Part shown: positions 13,208 to 26,880 of the stretch, piece after piece | Layout: every line of letters starts with the position of its first letter | Numbering within the stretch: position 1 is the stretch's first letter | DNA from: Eledone cirrhosa | Taxonomy: Eukaryota | Direction of reading: 5' to 3' | DNA: 64,000 bases | Assembly: GCA_964016885.1 (NCBI GenBank) | Contig: OZ024743.1 | Coordinates: forward strand, 125,550,001-125,614,000 | The notes under the pieces: generated by a model | What the model was told of the DNA's origin: nothing | What the model saw: the letters and a program-made list of their open reading frames with translations, nothing else | Database searches by the model: none | Translations under genes and position numbers: made by a program

Positions 13208-13962
13208 GTAAGATTGTTCTCATCACAAAAGGTGTAATTTTATTTTTAATCCATTAAAATATTTTAACATACTACATCAAGTATGCGTTGTGTGATTGTT
13301 CTCTTCTCTTAACATAGAAATTTGTTTTTATAGTAAAAAAAATTCTTATGACAAGCCCTGTTAATTATATATATTAATTTCCAAAAATGTATGATGTTCT
13401 TGTACTATTTTTCTTCTTTATTTTAATCTTTTTATACCGAATTACTTGATTCTATGAGAAAGACTGTTTATTGTAAAGTGTTTATATTTATCTAAAAACT
13501 TCCCATCATAATTTTATGTAAGAATATTTGTTAATTTACGCTCCAAATACTATCTTATGACAAAGTTTGTTATGAAATTCTTCCAAATTTTTGATTATTT
13601 TCAAAATGATTTCAAAACCTTAAGTAGCCTCTTTCATTAGAAATATGGCAAGAAAAGAGTTAATGTTGCTAAGCTATTTAAAACAGAAAATATATCTCTA
13701 CTCTATTATTCTTTTACTGGTTTCAGTCATTTAACTGCAGCCTTATCAGTACTTATTTTTTCAAGTCTGGTATCTATTTTATCACTCATTTTTTTTGTAA
13801 AATTGCTAGTTTACAGGACATAAACACAGGCACAGGTAACACATATCTACACCCCCCACTTTCCACATATTCTTACACATCTCTTTCTCTCTCTCTCTAT
13901 ATATATATATATTAATTTCCAAAAATTTATGAAGTTCTTTTACTATATATATATATATATAT

Positions 13963-14317
13963 GAAAAATATATCATTTTTTACAAAAACATTATAAAAAT
14001 TGGAAAGAGGTCGGTGGAGAAGTTAAAACAGCTCAAAATACAGTAATTTATTATAATAAACAGTATAACAGGCTATGTTTCTTACTTCCTTGAAAGATGT
14101 TTCAAACAAGCATGTCTACAAAATCCTATTGTGTTGAAAATAATAATAATCATGCATGAAGAAAATGATTCATTAAAGTAATTACCAAATACATTTTTAC
14201 ATAAAATATTGATATACAATCATTTCGTCCCTTATAGGGACTTATCAAAATCAATCATTCATAAGCAAATATCTCATTAATATTTAATGTGAAAATGTAT
14301 TTGGTAATTACTTTAAT
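13963..14317 (-). mobile_element. Penelope-type pseudo-LTR fragment with inverted copy
   Basis: Decayed hammerhead at 14208-14255; 14172-14210 is inverted at 14279-14317. Starts at a (TA)n tract. Confidence 0.6.
14208..14255 (-). ncRNA. Decayed type I hammerhead ribozyme
   Basis: Minus strand reads ATTGATT-TTGATAA-GTCCC(TATAA)GGGAC-GAAA-TGATTG-TA^TATCAAT. Stem II is perfect; the core differs from CTGATGA by two transitions; stem III probably derives from CGATCG. Confidence 0.7.
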
Positions 14318-15075
14318 AATAATAATAATAATGAAATTATTGTGTAAAGTGCTCGGGTGCACTACAACTCGTCAAAGGTGGTGTATGTATAGTACATAGA
14401 ATAATATACAAATGTCAGGCAAGTGAATAGTGTATGAGTCATGATATATATGTGTGTATGTGTATGGAGGGGGAATATTAGGTGTAGTGTTGGCGAATCT
14501 CAGGAAGCATGGAGGTTTTAAAGGATGCAGTGTCTCGACAGCGAACAACTGATGCAGGGAGTTTGTTCCATGCTTCAGCAACTCTGAGCGTGAAAAAATG
14601 TTTCCGAAAGTCATGGGAACTGTGCTGTTTCTGACTTTGTGGGCATGTCCACGTGTATTAGACACATGGAAATCAAAAAGGTACTCTGGGTTGTTGTTAG
14701 CAAAATGGTTAATAATTTTGTTTACCAAGTCAGTTGCCAGACGTCGGAGCTTCAATGTATGGATATATCCCAAGGCGTTCAGAATATGGTAGATGCCTGA
14801 TAGAGGGTATTCGCTTGGTTGCACATCTCTGAACAGTTTCCAGGCGGTCAATGTTCTGAGAAAGATAGGGGTTCCAGACTGGTGATGCAAATTCTAAGTG
14901 TGGCCGCACCATAGCTATGTACAGCTTTACAGGTCTTGCTGAGTGATGCTAAGACAGCCTTGCCCTTTTCGACAATTTTAGAGACGTGCTTCGTCCAACG
15001 CAAATCGCTGCTGACCGTAATGCCCATGTCACGTTCACAAGAAGACTTCGTGTTGTGGAGGGATAGGGTTAACAT
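14318..15075 (-). mobile_element. CR1/L2-clade LINE 3' fragment
   Basis: ERDMGITVSSDLRW..H, VRPHLEFASPVWNPY..IDRLETVQR.ATKRIP, TRGH..K; (TAT)n tail. Confidence 0.9.
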
Positions 15076-15629
15076 ATATATAGTGAAGGCTACCCATCTA
15101 GGAGAGTAGACACTCCAATTAAAAACTGATACAGGGTGGAAAGGACTTTCAAGTCCAGTAAGACAACCTCTCTAGTGCCGGTAGCATGAAAAATGCACCT
15201 AGTCCACGCTGTATAGTGGCTGGTGATAGGAAAGTCATCCAGTCAAAATATGGAAAGCACAGTCCAACTCATGCAAGCATAGAAAAACAGGCGTATAAAC
15301 GATGATTAACTTGAGGCTGTATTAGAAGACACTTGAACAAGGTGCCATGCAGTGGGAGTAAAACCATGTGATTGTGAAGTGAACTCCCTAACAACACAGC
15401 CATGTCTATGCATATTATTTGATAATAATTTGAGTTTACATTATTGAATTCTTTCTAATCTCTAAAAGGTTATTGATGTTATTTACAAAGCAAATACCAC
15501 CATCTCATTGAGTATACTGAACTAAGAACATTACATAAATTGGACGAGTTAGATCACTTGGGAGTATAAACATTCTACTTAAGTGAATTGACATTTCAAA
15601 TCTAAGAGTTTCGCATAATTATCATGTTG

Positions 15630-15757
<128 letters not shown>

Positions 15758-17599
15758 GAGAAAGTCTTTTTGAGGTGTATGCTAGAGACGTGCTTCGTCC
15801 AACGCAAATCGCTGCTGACCGTAATGCATGTGCGGTACACTTATTTTAAGCACCTCTCGATGTATTGCATACATACATATATCTGTGTGTGTTACATGGT
15901 TTACGCATCTCTTCCTGATTTTCCTATGTACTGCCATCCATCATCATCGTCGTCATCATCATCACCATCATTGTCATTATCACCACCACCATTGTTTTTC
16001 CATGCTTTCATGGGTAGGATGGGTTAGAATCCTCTCCAGCACAACATTCCTACACTAGTCTCTTTCTTTTGTTATCTCTGTTGAATTCAACATCCTGAGA
16101 TCTACTCTCACCACTTTTACACAGATATCTCAGCTTACCTCTACCACATCTTCCTTCCACATGGAACTTCTGGCAATTCTTCATCATAATGAAGTATTTA
16201 AATTGATACATTTATCTGAAGGTAACAATTTGGCAGAGTCATTAGGAGTGTCAAATAAAAAATGTCTCAGAATTTGTTCCAACTCACTGCACTTTTAAGG
16301 CTGAATAAGCACCGGCTTAATGTTGGAGTTAACTCACTCCTGCCAGTTCTCCCCCCCCCCACTCTCTCTCTCTCAAATTGGCTGTTCTGACATGGAGATG
16401 GATGGGTTCCTCAATGTTTCAAATTGCCATACTACACAGTATGTCAGGACTATGTCCAATATTCACAGGTTTTCACTCTTTGCGGGTGCTCTAGAAACGT
16501 TACCCCCCACGAATACCGGGATACTACTGTATATCTACAACATAATATTGATATCTCTTTCTATATTCCTTCTCTCATTACCCACAGTCAACATATTCTT
16601 ATTAACAAGAGTTTGATTCAGGTCTGTATGTTCATTGCTAGTTTTTAGTCTGGAGTTCTTTAGAAAATGTATATCCACTAAAATATTGTTTACAAAAACG
16701 TTTTAGATATTAATCTATATTTAAAACCATTAATGAATTATTAAAATAGATATTAGCTATTTAATAGCTTTTAAAATAGTAAATTACACAAGGCTTTTAT
16801 GCTGATGTTGTTTAGTGATCTGAAAAATTTATGGAATTTTGTCATGAGCTAAATATTTTATAAAAATTCTAATTTAAGAATATCATTAATATTATCAGAA
16901 TTTATAGGCGATAAATTCTTATCATTGTCTGTTAGTAATCAATATTAACTTTTTTTATCCCAACTTTTCCTAGATTCAATGATACAAAACTAATTGTATT
17001 AAAGTATTTAAATTTATCTAAAAACCTTCCATCATAATTTTATTTAAGAACCTTATGCCAAACATAAGCTTAATGAGAAAGTTGGTTTTATTACTAAATC
17101 CCTTCAAATTCTTGATTATTTTCAAAATTACTTGAAAATCATTTGCAATGTCTCCCATTAGAAATATGGTAATGAAAAAGTTAGATTTATTATAAACAAA
17201 TGGGGGTGCCTGTGGTGGAATGGCAGAATTGTTAGTGTTGGACAAAAGGCCTTGTATAATTTCTTCCAGCTTTTTACATCCTGAGTTCAAATTCCACTGA
17301 GCTCAGCTTTTTTTCATCCTTCCAGGGTCAATAAAATAAAGCACTAGCCAAGTACTGTGGTTGATATAATTCACTGCTCTCTTACCCTCAAATTTCTGGC
17401 ATTGTGTCTATTTAAGAAATTGTTATTCTTTACATTGTTTTTTCTGATAATATATATTTTTACTATTATTTTCTTCTTAGTTTGAATTGTTCAATCCTTT
17501 TATTGCTGTATTTTTAATGAAAGATACTGTCTGATTTTCAAATAAGAATTTAGAAGAATTTAATAATATGTTTAACTTTCTCATTATTTAACTGCCACA

Positions 17600-18220
17600 G
17601 GAAGGGTCCATATAAGTGGTTGATAGCTTCTGCTATCTAGGTGACTTAATTAGTAGTGGAGGAGGGTGTTCAGAGAGCATAATAGCTAGAATCAGAATAG
17701 GATGGAAGAAGTTTAGAGAGCTACTCCTACTGTTTCTCCTTACGTACAAAAGGACAACTGTATGACACTTGTGTGTGAAGTGTGATGCTGCATGCTAGTA
17801 AAACATGGGTAGTGATTGTAGTAGGCATGTGTAGACTGGAGAGAAATGAAGCAGCCATGCTTTGTTGGATGTGCAATGTCAATGTGAGAGAAAGGCAGAG
17901 CTTGGATGAAATTAGGGAAAAGCTGGGTTTAAGTGGAATTCAAGATGGTGTGCAGGAGAGAAAACTGCATTGGTACGGACATGTGATGTACATGGATGAC
18001 GATCGATGGATGAAGAAGTGCCAGGAAATGCCAGTGAAAGGAAGCCACAGTAGAACCAAGAAAGACCAGGTCAGCAGTGGTGAATGCTGACCTCAAATCG
18101 CTGAGACTCACAGAGGAGATGACAAAGAAACACGGCGAGTGGAGAGATGCTATGCTGAGAAGGACACATCCAACTCATACAAGCATGGAAAAATGGACGT
18201 AAAAATAATGATGATGATGT
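17600..18220 (+). mobile_element. Old RTE LINE fragment
   Basis: VDSFCYLGD...RLERNEAAMLCWMC...LHWYGHV and a GAT tail. Confidence 0.8.
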
Positions 18221-21200
18221 TTGAAGCATAGCTTGATAAACATCCTTTCTTAAAACTATAGTGGAAGATTTGTAGATAAATGTAAACACTCCAAAATAAA
18301 TTGATTTTGGATATTAAAAAGGTTATTTACACATTCTGTAACTTTGTGTGAAGCTTCCATTACACTGCTATGGCTCTCATCCTGCCCAACCATTGAAGCA
18401 ATTAGCTCTTCTATGTTAAAGAAACTGTGGAGATCATTTTGTGAAGTTTATTAAAAATAGATTATAGAATTAAATCCAAGCATTTTGGGATGCACACATT
18501 TCAAACAGTTTTTATATTGAAATAGGGCCAGTTTCAGGTGGTTTGGTATCAAAAGAGTTAAACTTATGTTATGCACAGTTAAACACAGATATGGAAAGAG
18601 GTGAAGAGGACGTCCCAAGGTGAACTGGCAGCAGACAATTGACAGAAACCTGAAACCAGTCAACAAAAGTTGGAACAATGTATTGATAGATGCAGCTGAC
18701 TATGGATATTGGAGCACTTTGGCTGCCTTATGTGTCTCAAGATGCATGAGGTTCTTAGCTAGAGATTATTGGCATCACAATATCATAACAGTTTGTTGTT
18801 AGGAAAAACTTTGAAGAAAGGAGATATGTATGCTGTGTGTTTATCTGAAAAGAATTTCATATGCAAGTTATATTAGAACAAGTTCATTTATGCTGATCTG
18901 TATCAATAGCATACATTTGGTGATACTTAAGATGGTTTATGATTAAAATCCCCATTAAGTCTGCAGCAATCGACCAGGAAAGTGATATACTTGAGAAAAG
19001 GTTATGTTTGATTGCTGTCTTGAAATGAGATTAACTAGAGTTAAGTCAAATATCTTATGTAACAGGGAGATGACAGCAACAACAACAGGGCAGTGAATTT
19101 GTAGAGTTAGTAGAGTGTAGTAGATGCTTTGCAATATTTGTTCTGACTCTTTGCACACTGAGTCCAAATCCTGCTGAGGTCAACTTTGCCTTTCATCCTT
19201 TCATAGTTGATAAAAAATAAAGTGCCAGTCCAGCGCAGCGGACAAAATCCCCACTGGAGTTCACATCCCCATCACCTGGCCCTTGATTGCTTTTTGCACA
19301 GTTTACTCTGTTGCAAGTATTTGGACCAAGTCTCTACTTTAAGGGTGTCTCCCTCCCTCTCACCCACCAGCCTCAGTCTTCTAAATAGTTTTAAAAAAAG
19401 TAAGAATAAAAAGCAGCAATGCAGTTATTTGGAAAGAATGAGAATAAGTGATTAATGTGAATAAGAGAAATAAAACTTTGGTAATGTGAAGACAGGAGAA
19501 AAGAGAAATCTAATTTTAATGTTCACTAGAATTTCCATAGAAGATGTATTGCTTCTAAATAACAAACTGATATCATTTTCTCTTCTTTTTTACCTTTCAT
19601 TTTATTTTTTCTTTAAATTTATTTTTTCTTTCCTTTTTTTTTTCTCTTTCTTATCTCTTCATTTCTCACTTCCTTAGAATTTTATGGGGTTTTTTTTAGT
19701 TTGACAGCAAGACATCTAAAGAATATATTGTAGTATTTTGAAATATGAAAATATTGTGTGTAAAATTAGATTTTCTTAATTATAAAATTATCTGAGAGGC
19801 ACATTTTTTTAATATGTCTGAAGTATAAATATAAGTTTGTGTTGCTTTAATTGTGGTAATGATAGTTATAACAAACAATTTAAGGGTATTTTCCCTGCTA
19901 AGACAGAGGGCTGGGTTGACTTGGTAGCCTATGTGATGGGCTTCATACTCTTTATGAGGTCAGTTTTGAGTTTACAGTTGGATGCCCTTTTTGGTGTCAA
20001 CCTTTAAGTTGCCTTTTATAACTCACAGGAATTCTAAACAGGTAATAATTGTTAGTTCCAATTTAATGTTTTTGATTCATTCAAAATCGTCAAATCTTAA
20101 CTTAAAGACAGTAATATTTGATCAAACAAGCATATCCAGCTTTGGCAAAGTCAGTTGGGTTTGGATAGAATATCTTGTGTTATTTTCTCTGGCTCCCTGC
20201 ACTTGAAGTTCAAATCCTGCCGAGGTCAGTTTTGCCTTTCATCCATTTGAGGTTGATATAAAGTACCAGTCCAGGGCATAGGATTGGTAGAACTGCTAGA
20301 AAATCAGATGAGATGCATTGCAACATCTCTTCCAACAATTTGCATTATGAATTCAAATCCCACCTGGGGTCAGGGCTTTTCACCCAACTATGACACCATA
20401 ATTGATTATGAAAGCTAAAATAGGTGAAGGAGGATTGTGGCCATTTGCTACTGCTGTCAAACGATGATGATGATGATGATGATATCTTTCATAGTCAGAA
20501 AATTACCCATCAAACTGTTTAGGTAAACCTATTTCTGTTACTTTTATAATCATAATTATGACCATTTTATGTCTGCTTTCCATACTGCGGTGGGCTAAAG
20601 AAATTGACACAAATTCATTCTTATTCAAAGTTACTGCCCTCATAAGAGCTCAGAGGAACAAGTCTTGCTTGGACATTCTATTTTTGGCATGGTTTCTATG
20701 TTCAGATGCCCTTCCTAGCACCAACCATTTTACAATGTGTAATTGATGCATTTTATTGAGAAATTGTTATGTGCTCAGCAAAACTAACAGGCTCTCTCAA
20801 CCCTATGTTGTTGGTGTTCAATTGCTAGCCACTTCCTAGAGTGTACTGTGTGTGTTTTGTCATGACTCCAGTACTAGTGAGGTTGTCTTGAATCTTGTCT
20901 CCATTCATTTAAAGCAACATAGACACGAGGATGAATAGGAAAGAGAACTATTTTTTTGGTTATCATATTAACATATTAGTATTATAAATGCTAGAGATTA
21001 AGTATTTCAACAGGAAATATAATATAGTTTGCTGTAGGAGTTGTATTGTTTGTTAGAACAACCACTATATTCATTAACCCTCTCATACCAAACTACTTGA
21101 AATTACCCTTGGTTCTACATTACAAGGCCATTTATCTTGAAATGTTCATATTCAAATTAAAAGCTTCCATCATAATTTTATGTAAGAGACATTGTTAAGT

Positions 21201-23389
21201 TGTATAGTTTGCTGAAACAGCCTCTATCATCATCATCATTTAATGTTTGCTTTCCCTGCCAGCAAGGATTGGATAGGTCATTCCAGACAAAGTCAGTGCT
21301 TATCAGAGCTACTGAACCCTCAGACAGACAGGGAGCCTGCATTTCTCTTACATTCCAACACTTTACAGAGTATACTGGGGACATTTTATTGTGACACTAG
21401 CACTACAGAGATGACTGAAAGATCCACTATATTAGTTACATATAAATCGTTAATGATACTTTTGGTTTTAATAAAACTGTGACACCTGCTAACTCTACTG
21501 AAATGTATTGGAAACTTGTAGTCTAAAATTATACTTCCAACTGAAGCAGGTGCATCTTTATGATTAATATCCTTTCAATTGCTACATCAGAAATATCAAT
21601 GTAATACACAAATACTGTAGTAGTTTCTAGAATAATTTAAAATACTGGCTCCTTCCCCTGTTTGTAAATCACCATCTGCATTTAGCATCAATTTTTCCTG
21701 TAAATGTTTAAAATAATTTGATATTAACAATTGCTAATGTTAGCAAACATGAACAATAGTAGCAGCATTGCTAACAGTATATTTTATTCATATGTAAACC
21801 ATATATATATATATATATATGTTGGTATTATAATACTAAAGGGATTAGATATTCCAGCCAGGTAATAATTTCATTATTTGCTGTGGGAGTTGTATAGTTT
21901 ATTAAGACAGTCATTATATTAGTTATATATAATCATTAACCCTTCTGATACCAAACTACTTGAAACCACCCATGGTTCTACAATATAAGCCAATTTATTT
22001 TAAAATGTTCATATTTAAATTAAAAGCTTCCATCATAGTTTTATATAAGAGCCTTGAACACCAGTTTAATTATGAGATATTTAGAGTTAAATGTATATGT
22101 GGTGTGGTAAATAAATATATACATATATATTAGGTCTGAACATAATGGAATCAAATTCCTATTGTCACTGCTTCCATCTCTCTTGCTCTCCCCATCTCTC
22201 ACTATTATAAGTAAATGGGGACCCCACACACTGGCCACCCCACAACCCAGGCGAACTACTAAATCCCTCTAAATTCTTGACTATTTTCAAAATGGCTTTA
22301 ATATTATTGGTATTGTCTTTCATTAGAAATATGGTAATGAAAGGGTTAATAAAGCTGTGATATTTGCTAGCTAAACTGTAATTTATTGGAATTTGGTAGT
22401 CTAATGTTGTAATATCAACGAAAGCAGCTGCATTCTGGGATTAATATCCTCATAACTACCTTATTAGAAATATCAGAGTGTAATACATAGCTACAATAGT
22501 ATTTTCTAGAATAATTTAAGATACTGCCTCCCTCCCTTGCTTTTCACTCGACTTGTAGTCATTTGTTCCAAGTCTCTGCTTTCTGAGTTCAAATCCCGTC
22601 AAGGTCCACTTTGCCTTTCATCTTTTCAAAGTCGATAAAGAAAGTACCAGACCAGTGCTAGTACATCCCATTCTCCTTGTAGCTGTCACATCACGGATGT
22701 TCCATTGGATCAATGGCGGGAGGGTCTGAGGGTATCTGTGTCTGATCATGGGTGTGTGAGCACCTAAAGTTATTAGCAAAAGCATGATTCATACTTCCAG
22801 GTCAATTGTGAGTGACTGGTATAGTTTTTCAAAATTGTTTTTATATTATAACCATATACTCTCTATGTTCAAGCTTAAACAGTGTTGACGGTGAAATATA
22901 TATATGTGTATATATGCCAATTGTACCTCGTTTAACATAGATGCACCATGTCCATGTGTGTCATAGGGTATATGGTGTAGAAAAGACCACATAATGAATA
23001 TGGAGCCCACTAGGCTAAAGCCTGTTTTTATATGACCTTAAAATGCTTGTTGTTATATACACACAAACACATACCCACACATATGTATGAGTATATGTAT
23101 AGATGTGGATGTATATATATATAAATGGAAAAGAATGAAACGAAATTTCATTTCTCACTCTTAGTACGGCTGATACCTAAATATAAGTATGTATACGTAC
23201 ATACATATATGTGTACAGGCGTACAGTAGTATGTATATATGTACATACATGCACACATATATATATGTACGTATGGGTTTACCGAACATTTATTATAATG
23301 TTCGGTTTGTTTGTAAACAAACAGCCCGAATTACGCCGTACAGTGTTCGGCAACCATCGTCGCCCTTTTGTTCAACACTGACACAGGAA

Positions 23390-23430
23390 CGATGTACTAG
23401 TTTCAAGCTTATTAGCTATCGTCAGCATCG
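23390..23430 (-). ncRNA. Minimal type I hammerhead ribozyme, antisense copy
   Basis: Exact reverse complement of 23750-23790. Confidence 0.85.
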
Positions 23431-23749
23431 TATACCATCCTGTCAGATGATTGAACGTTTGAAAGTATATATTTTCCTTATGCATATTAACGGCTGAGCA
23501 GCCTAATTTGCATATCAAGTAAGTTAGTCGGCCGGGCGCACCAAAACGATAAATGGAAAAGAATGAAACGAAATTTCATTTCTCACTCTTAGTATGGCTG
23601 TTACTTAAATATAGGTATGTATACATTTATCGTTTTCGGTGCACCCGGCCGACTAACTCACTTGATATGCAAATTAGGCTGCTCAGCCGTTAATATGCAT
23701 AAGGAAAGTATATACTTTCAAACGTTCAATCATCTGACAGAAATGTATA

Positions 23750-23790
23750 CGATGCTGACGATAGCTAATAAGCTTGAAACTAGTACATCG
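23750..23790 (+). ncRNA. Minimal type I hammerhead ribozyme, sense to the MLF pre-mRNA
   Basis: CGATG-CTGACGA-T AGCT AATA AGCT T-GAAA-CTAG-TA^CATCG: 5-bp stem I, intact core and palindromic stem III. The first stem II pair is U.U rather than G-C. Predicted cut after 23785. Confidence 0.85.
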
Positions 23791-24346
23791 TTCCTGTGTC
23801 AGTGGAGTTTTGGGCATTTGCCAACATTCGTGGGAAAGGGTGAATTTTTGCGGGAGTCTGTGTATGCTTCCTGTCTCTGAATTAAAGCTTCACATAGGTG
23901 CTTGGTAACTCGCGGATTCATATTCATTTATTAATCTGAGGTTGTTCCATATATCCTCAGCTCATCCATACATAACGGTAAAAGAATTCAGGGCTAGAAG
24001 AACAGTAGTAATAATTGTTTCTACTTTTGGCACAAGGCCAGCAATTACCCAGTGCATTACTGGTACTTTATTTTATCGACCCCATAAGGATGAAAGGCAA
24101 AGTTAACCTCGGCGGGAAATGGCAGAGTTTGTTGGGGCTGTAAGGGCTGGAAGAAGAAAAGTAGTAGTAATAGTAGTAATAACAGAGTTTGCTGGGGTTG
24201 GTAATGGGTGGGGGACATGTTGCTGAGGTTTGATTGGTCGAATAGGCTATGGTGGTGTGAGGAGTGGGCGGGAGGGAAATTGTGAGATAGGTAGCCATCA
24301 CGTGTATATCATCATAGGAGATTTGGGTGAAATAATCCGATGTCTG

Positions 24347-24384
<38 letters not shown>

Positions 24385-24495
24385 CAGACATCCACACATT
24401 TCCAAGTATCCCTCTTATATATATATATCAACTAGAATATTCTACAGTGGATATGGCGCATGTCTCTCAGACATGACAACCCTTAATTTAATTTT

Positions 24496-24527
<32 letters not shown>

Positions 24528-24529
<2 letters not shown>

Positions 24530-25010
24530 CTTACATAGGTTTCGGCCAGTATAGGCCCAGGCCATATCTAACTTAAAAGCACCACCTGATATATGGTAAA
24601 CACCCACCAAATTGTTAACCATCTTGCCAACAACAACCCTGAGTACCTTTTTGATTTCCATGTGTCTAACACACGTGAGCATGCCCACAAAGTCAGAAAA
24701 CAGTACAGTTCCCATGAATTTCAGAAACATTTTTTCACGCTCAGAGTTGCTGAAGCATGGAACAAACTACCTGCATCGGTTGTTAGCTGTCGAGACACTG
24801 CTTCTTTTTACGGCCTCCATGCTTCCCGAGATTCGCCAACACTACACCTAATGTTCCCCCTCCATACACATACACAAATGTATATCATGACTCATACACT
24901 ATTCACTTGCCTGGCATCAGTGTATTATTCTATGTACTATACATGCACCTTTGACGAGTTGTGCACCTGAGCACTTTACACAATAATTTCATTATATTAT
25001 ATTATATTAT
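24528..25010 (+). mobile_element. CR1/L2-clade LINE 3' fragment, same family as 14318-15075 but opposite orientation
   Basis: NHLANNNPEYLFDFHVSNTREHAHKVRKQ...FFTLRVAEAWNKLP and the same 3'UTR. Confidence 0.9.
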
Positions 25011-25426
25011 ATATATATATCTTCACCATTGTCATTTATCTGTTTATCCATGCTGCAATGGTTTTGACAGGTCATTACAAATCAAGTTGTTACTCTTAAT
25101 CCAAGCTTCAGACTTCCTAGATGGGTCATGGAGCTATGTCTCATTGATATGCATTCCTCTTTTGGCATGTTTTCTGCAGTTAGATGCCCTCTATGGTGAT
25201 ACTTTTTTTTATATGTATTGTATTGTGATTTTTAGTGGGTGTAGGACTTGAAGACTCTCCCAAGTAACACAAATTCTAACTACGCCACTGAATCTACGAC
25301 TACATTATTCATTCAATGTCCTTTTTATAGGTTGGGGCTGTTATTTCTAGCATATCAAGTGGCTCCCTTGTTGGTTTGTTCTCTTTTATATTGTCTATAA
25401 TTTTACTTTTTCTTATATATATTATT

Positions 25427-25611
25427 AATTGGGAGTATCAGTAGAGGGTCGGATGCCATGCTTTGACGCATAGAGTTACGCCCCTTTCCATTCTGAGTTC
25501 AAATCCCGCCGAGGTTAACTTTGCCTTTCATCCTTACGGGGTCGATAAAATAAAGTACCAGTAATGCACTGGGTAATTGCTGGCCTTGTGCCAAAAGTAG
25601 AAACTATTATT
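25427..25611 (+). mobile_element. Same SINE family, + copy (others ~2452-2675, 5685-5797, 12682-12897, 17212-17420, 19090-19230, 20140-20270, 22560-22650, 26098-26320, 33019-33162, 35660-35810, 39795-39980, 56780-56935 on +; ~6490-6720, 24010-24116, 52040-52200, 62203-62257 on -)
   Basis: Recurrent CTGAGTTCAAATCC..GAGGT.AACTTTGCCTTTCATCC..GTCGATAAAATAAAGTACCAG motif. Confidence 0.9.
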
Positions 25612-26729
25612 AAGTGTAGGCTTTTAGATGTTATTCATATTTAAAAATTGGGTTTCATTTTTTTAAAAACTAAAAGGATGTTTTCAATCGATATTGTTTA
25701 TTAGATTTTGATTTATTAAATTCATAATATTCAATAACTTTGAAGATAAGCTTATGCATAATAATTAAGAACCTACAATTTGTATATATCGATATGCCTC
25801 TAGTGGTATTAAAAAAGAATCAATAATATTAATTGTCCTACTTTATGTAATTGAACAAAATTAATATTTGCTTAAATCATTTTAGTTCATTTTATGTTAC
25901 TGATATTTTTATTATATTGATTTCTATTGGCAATCTAATTACTTTTATGTGTTATTTGTGATAATCCATGAACTGAAAGACCTGATTCTCAGACTGCTCA
26001 GATAGACAAAATATGTTATCACAGAAAGGTGAACCATGAATAATACTATCACACAGTTTTTTTTTATATTAATTTTTTTTTATATTACTTGGTTAGAGGG
26101 CGGTGGATTGGCAGTATCGGTAGAGCATCAGACACCATACTTTGCAGCAAAGAGTTATGGCCATTTACGTCCTCAGTTCAAATCCTGCTGAGGTTAGCTT
26201 TGTCTTTCATCCCTATGGAGTCGATAAAATAAAGCACCAGTAATGCACTGGGGTCGATTTAATCAACTTTTCCCTCCCCCCAAATTGCTGGCCTTCTGCC
26301 AATAGTAGAAATCACTATTCATTTATTTGGTTTCAGAACTAGAAACATATGGATAATTTTATGTAGAGAGCCGTAGTTCTTGAACTTATTTTGTTGCAGA
26401 ATCCATACATGATTTTCCAAAAATCATAGATCTCATACCTATATTTTACAGACAATTCCCACCACCCTAATTTTAATAAGATATCAACTGAAACAAAAGG
26501 TTGTTTTAGAGAGAGGATTTAATAAAAGACAACTTAACATGTGAAATCCCAGAATGTTTTTATGGAATCCTAGGGGGTTCCCCATAAACCACTCTGGGAA
26601 ACATAGTTAGATTTATTTATCCAAAGATTACAAGTTCAAAGTATCATACATACATGGCATATTCCTCTACTTAGCTCAGGTTTACTGAACTAAATCAAGA
26701 TAGATTTAATTTTGTTTGGTATATTAGAT

Positions 26730-26880
26730 CTTGACTGGTAGTCTTAACCTAGGGTGGTAGACATAACCTTGAGAGATAGGCTTAATTTTGGGTGGTAGAC
26801 TTAATCTTCAGTTGATGGCTAAATTTTGAGTAGTAGAGTTAATTTTGGGTTGTAGACATAACCTTGGGTGGTAGACTTAG
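26730..26880. repeat. ~19-bp minisatellite (TTGGGTGGTAGACTTAATC-like), about 8 units
   Basis: Repeated gggtggtagac(a/t)taa.(c/t)tt units. Confidence 0.75.

Larger units (their letters stand above)
23122..23990. mobile_element. Young Penelope-type insertion with head-to-head pseudo-LTRs
   Basis: Near-perfect inverted arms 23376-23555 and 23624-23804, each with a hammerhead. A ~70-bp direct repeat at 23123-23196 / 23551-23624. CpGs are retained. Confidence 0.7.
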
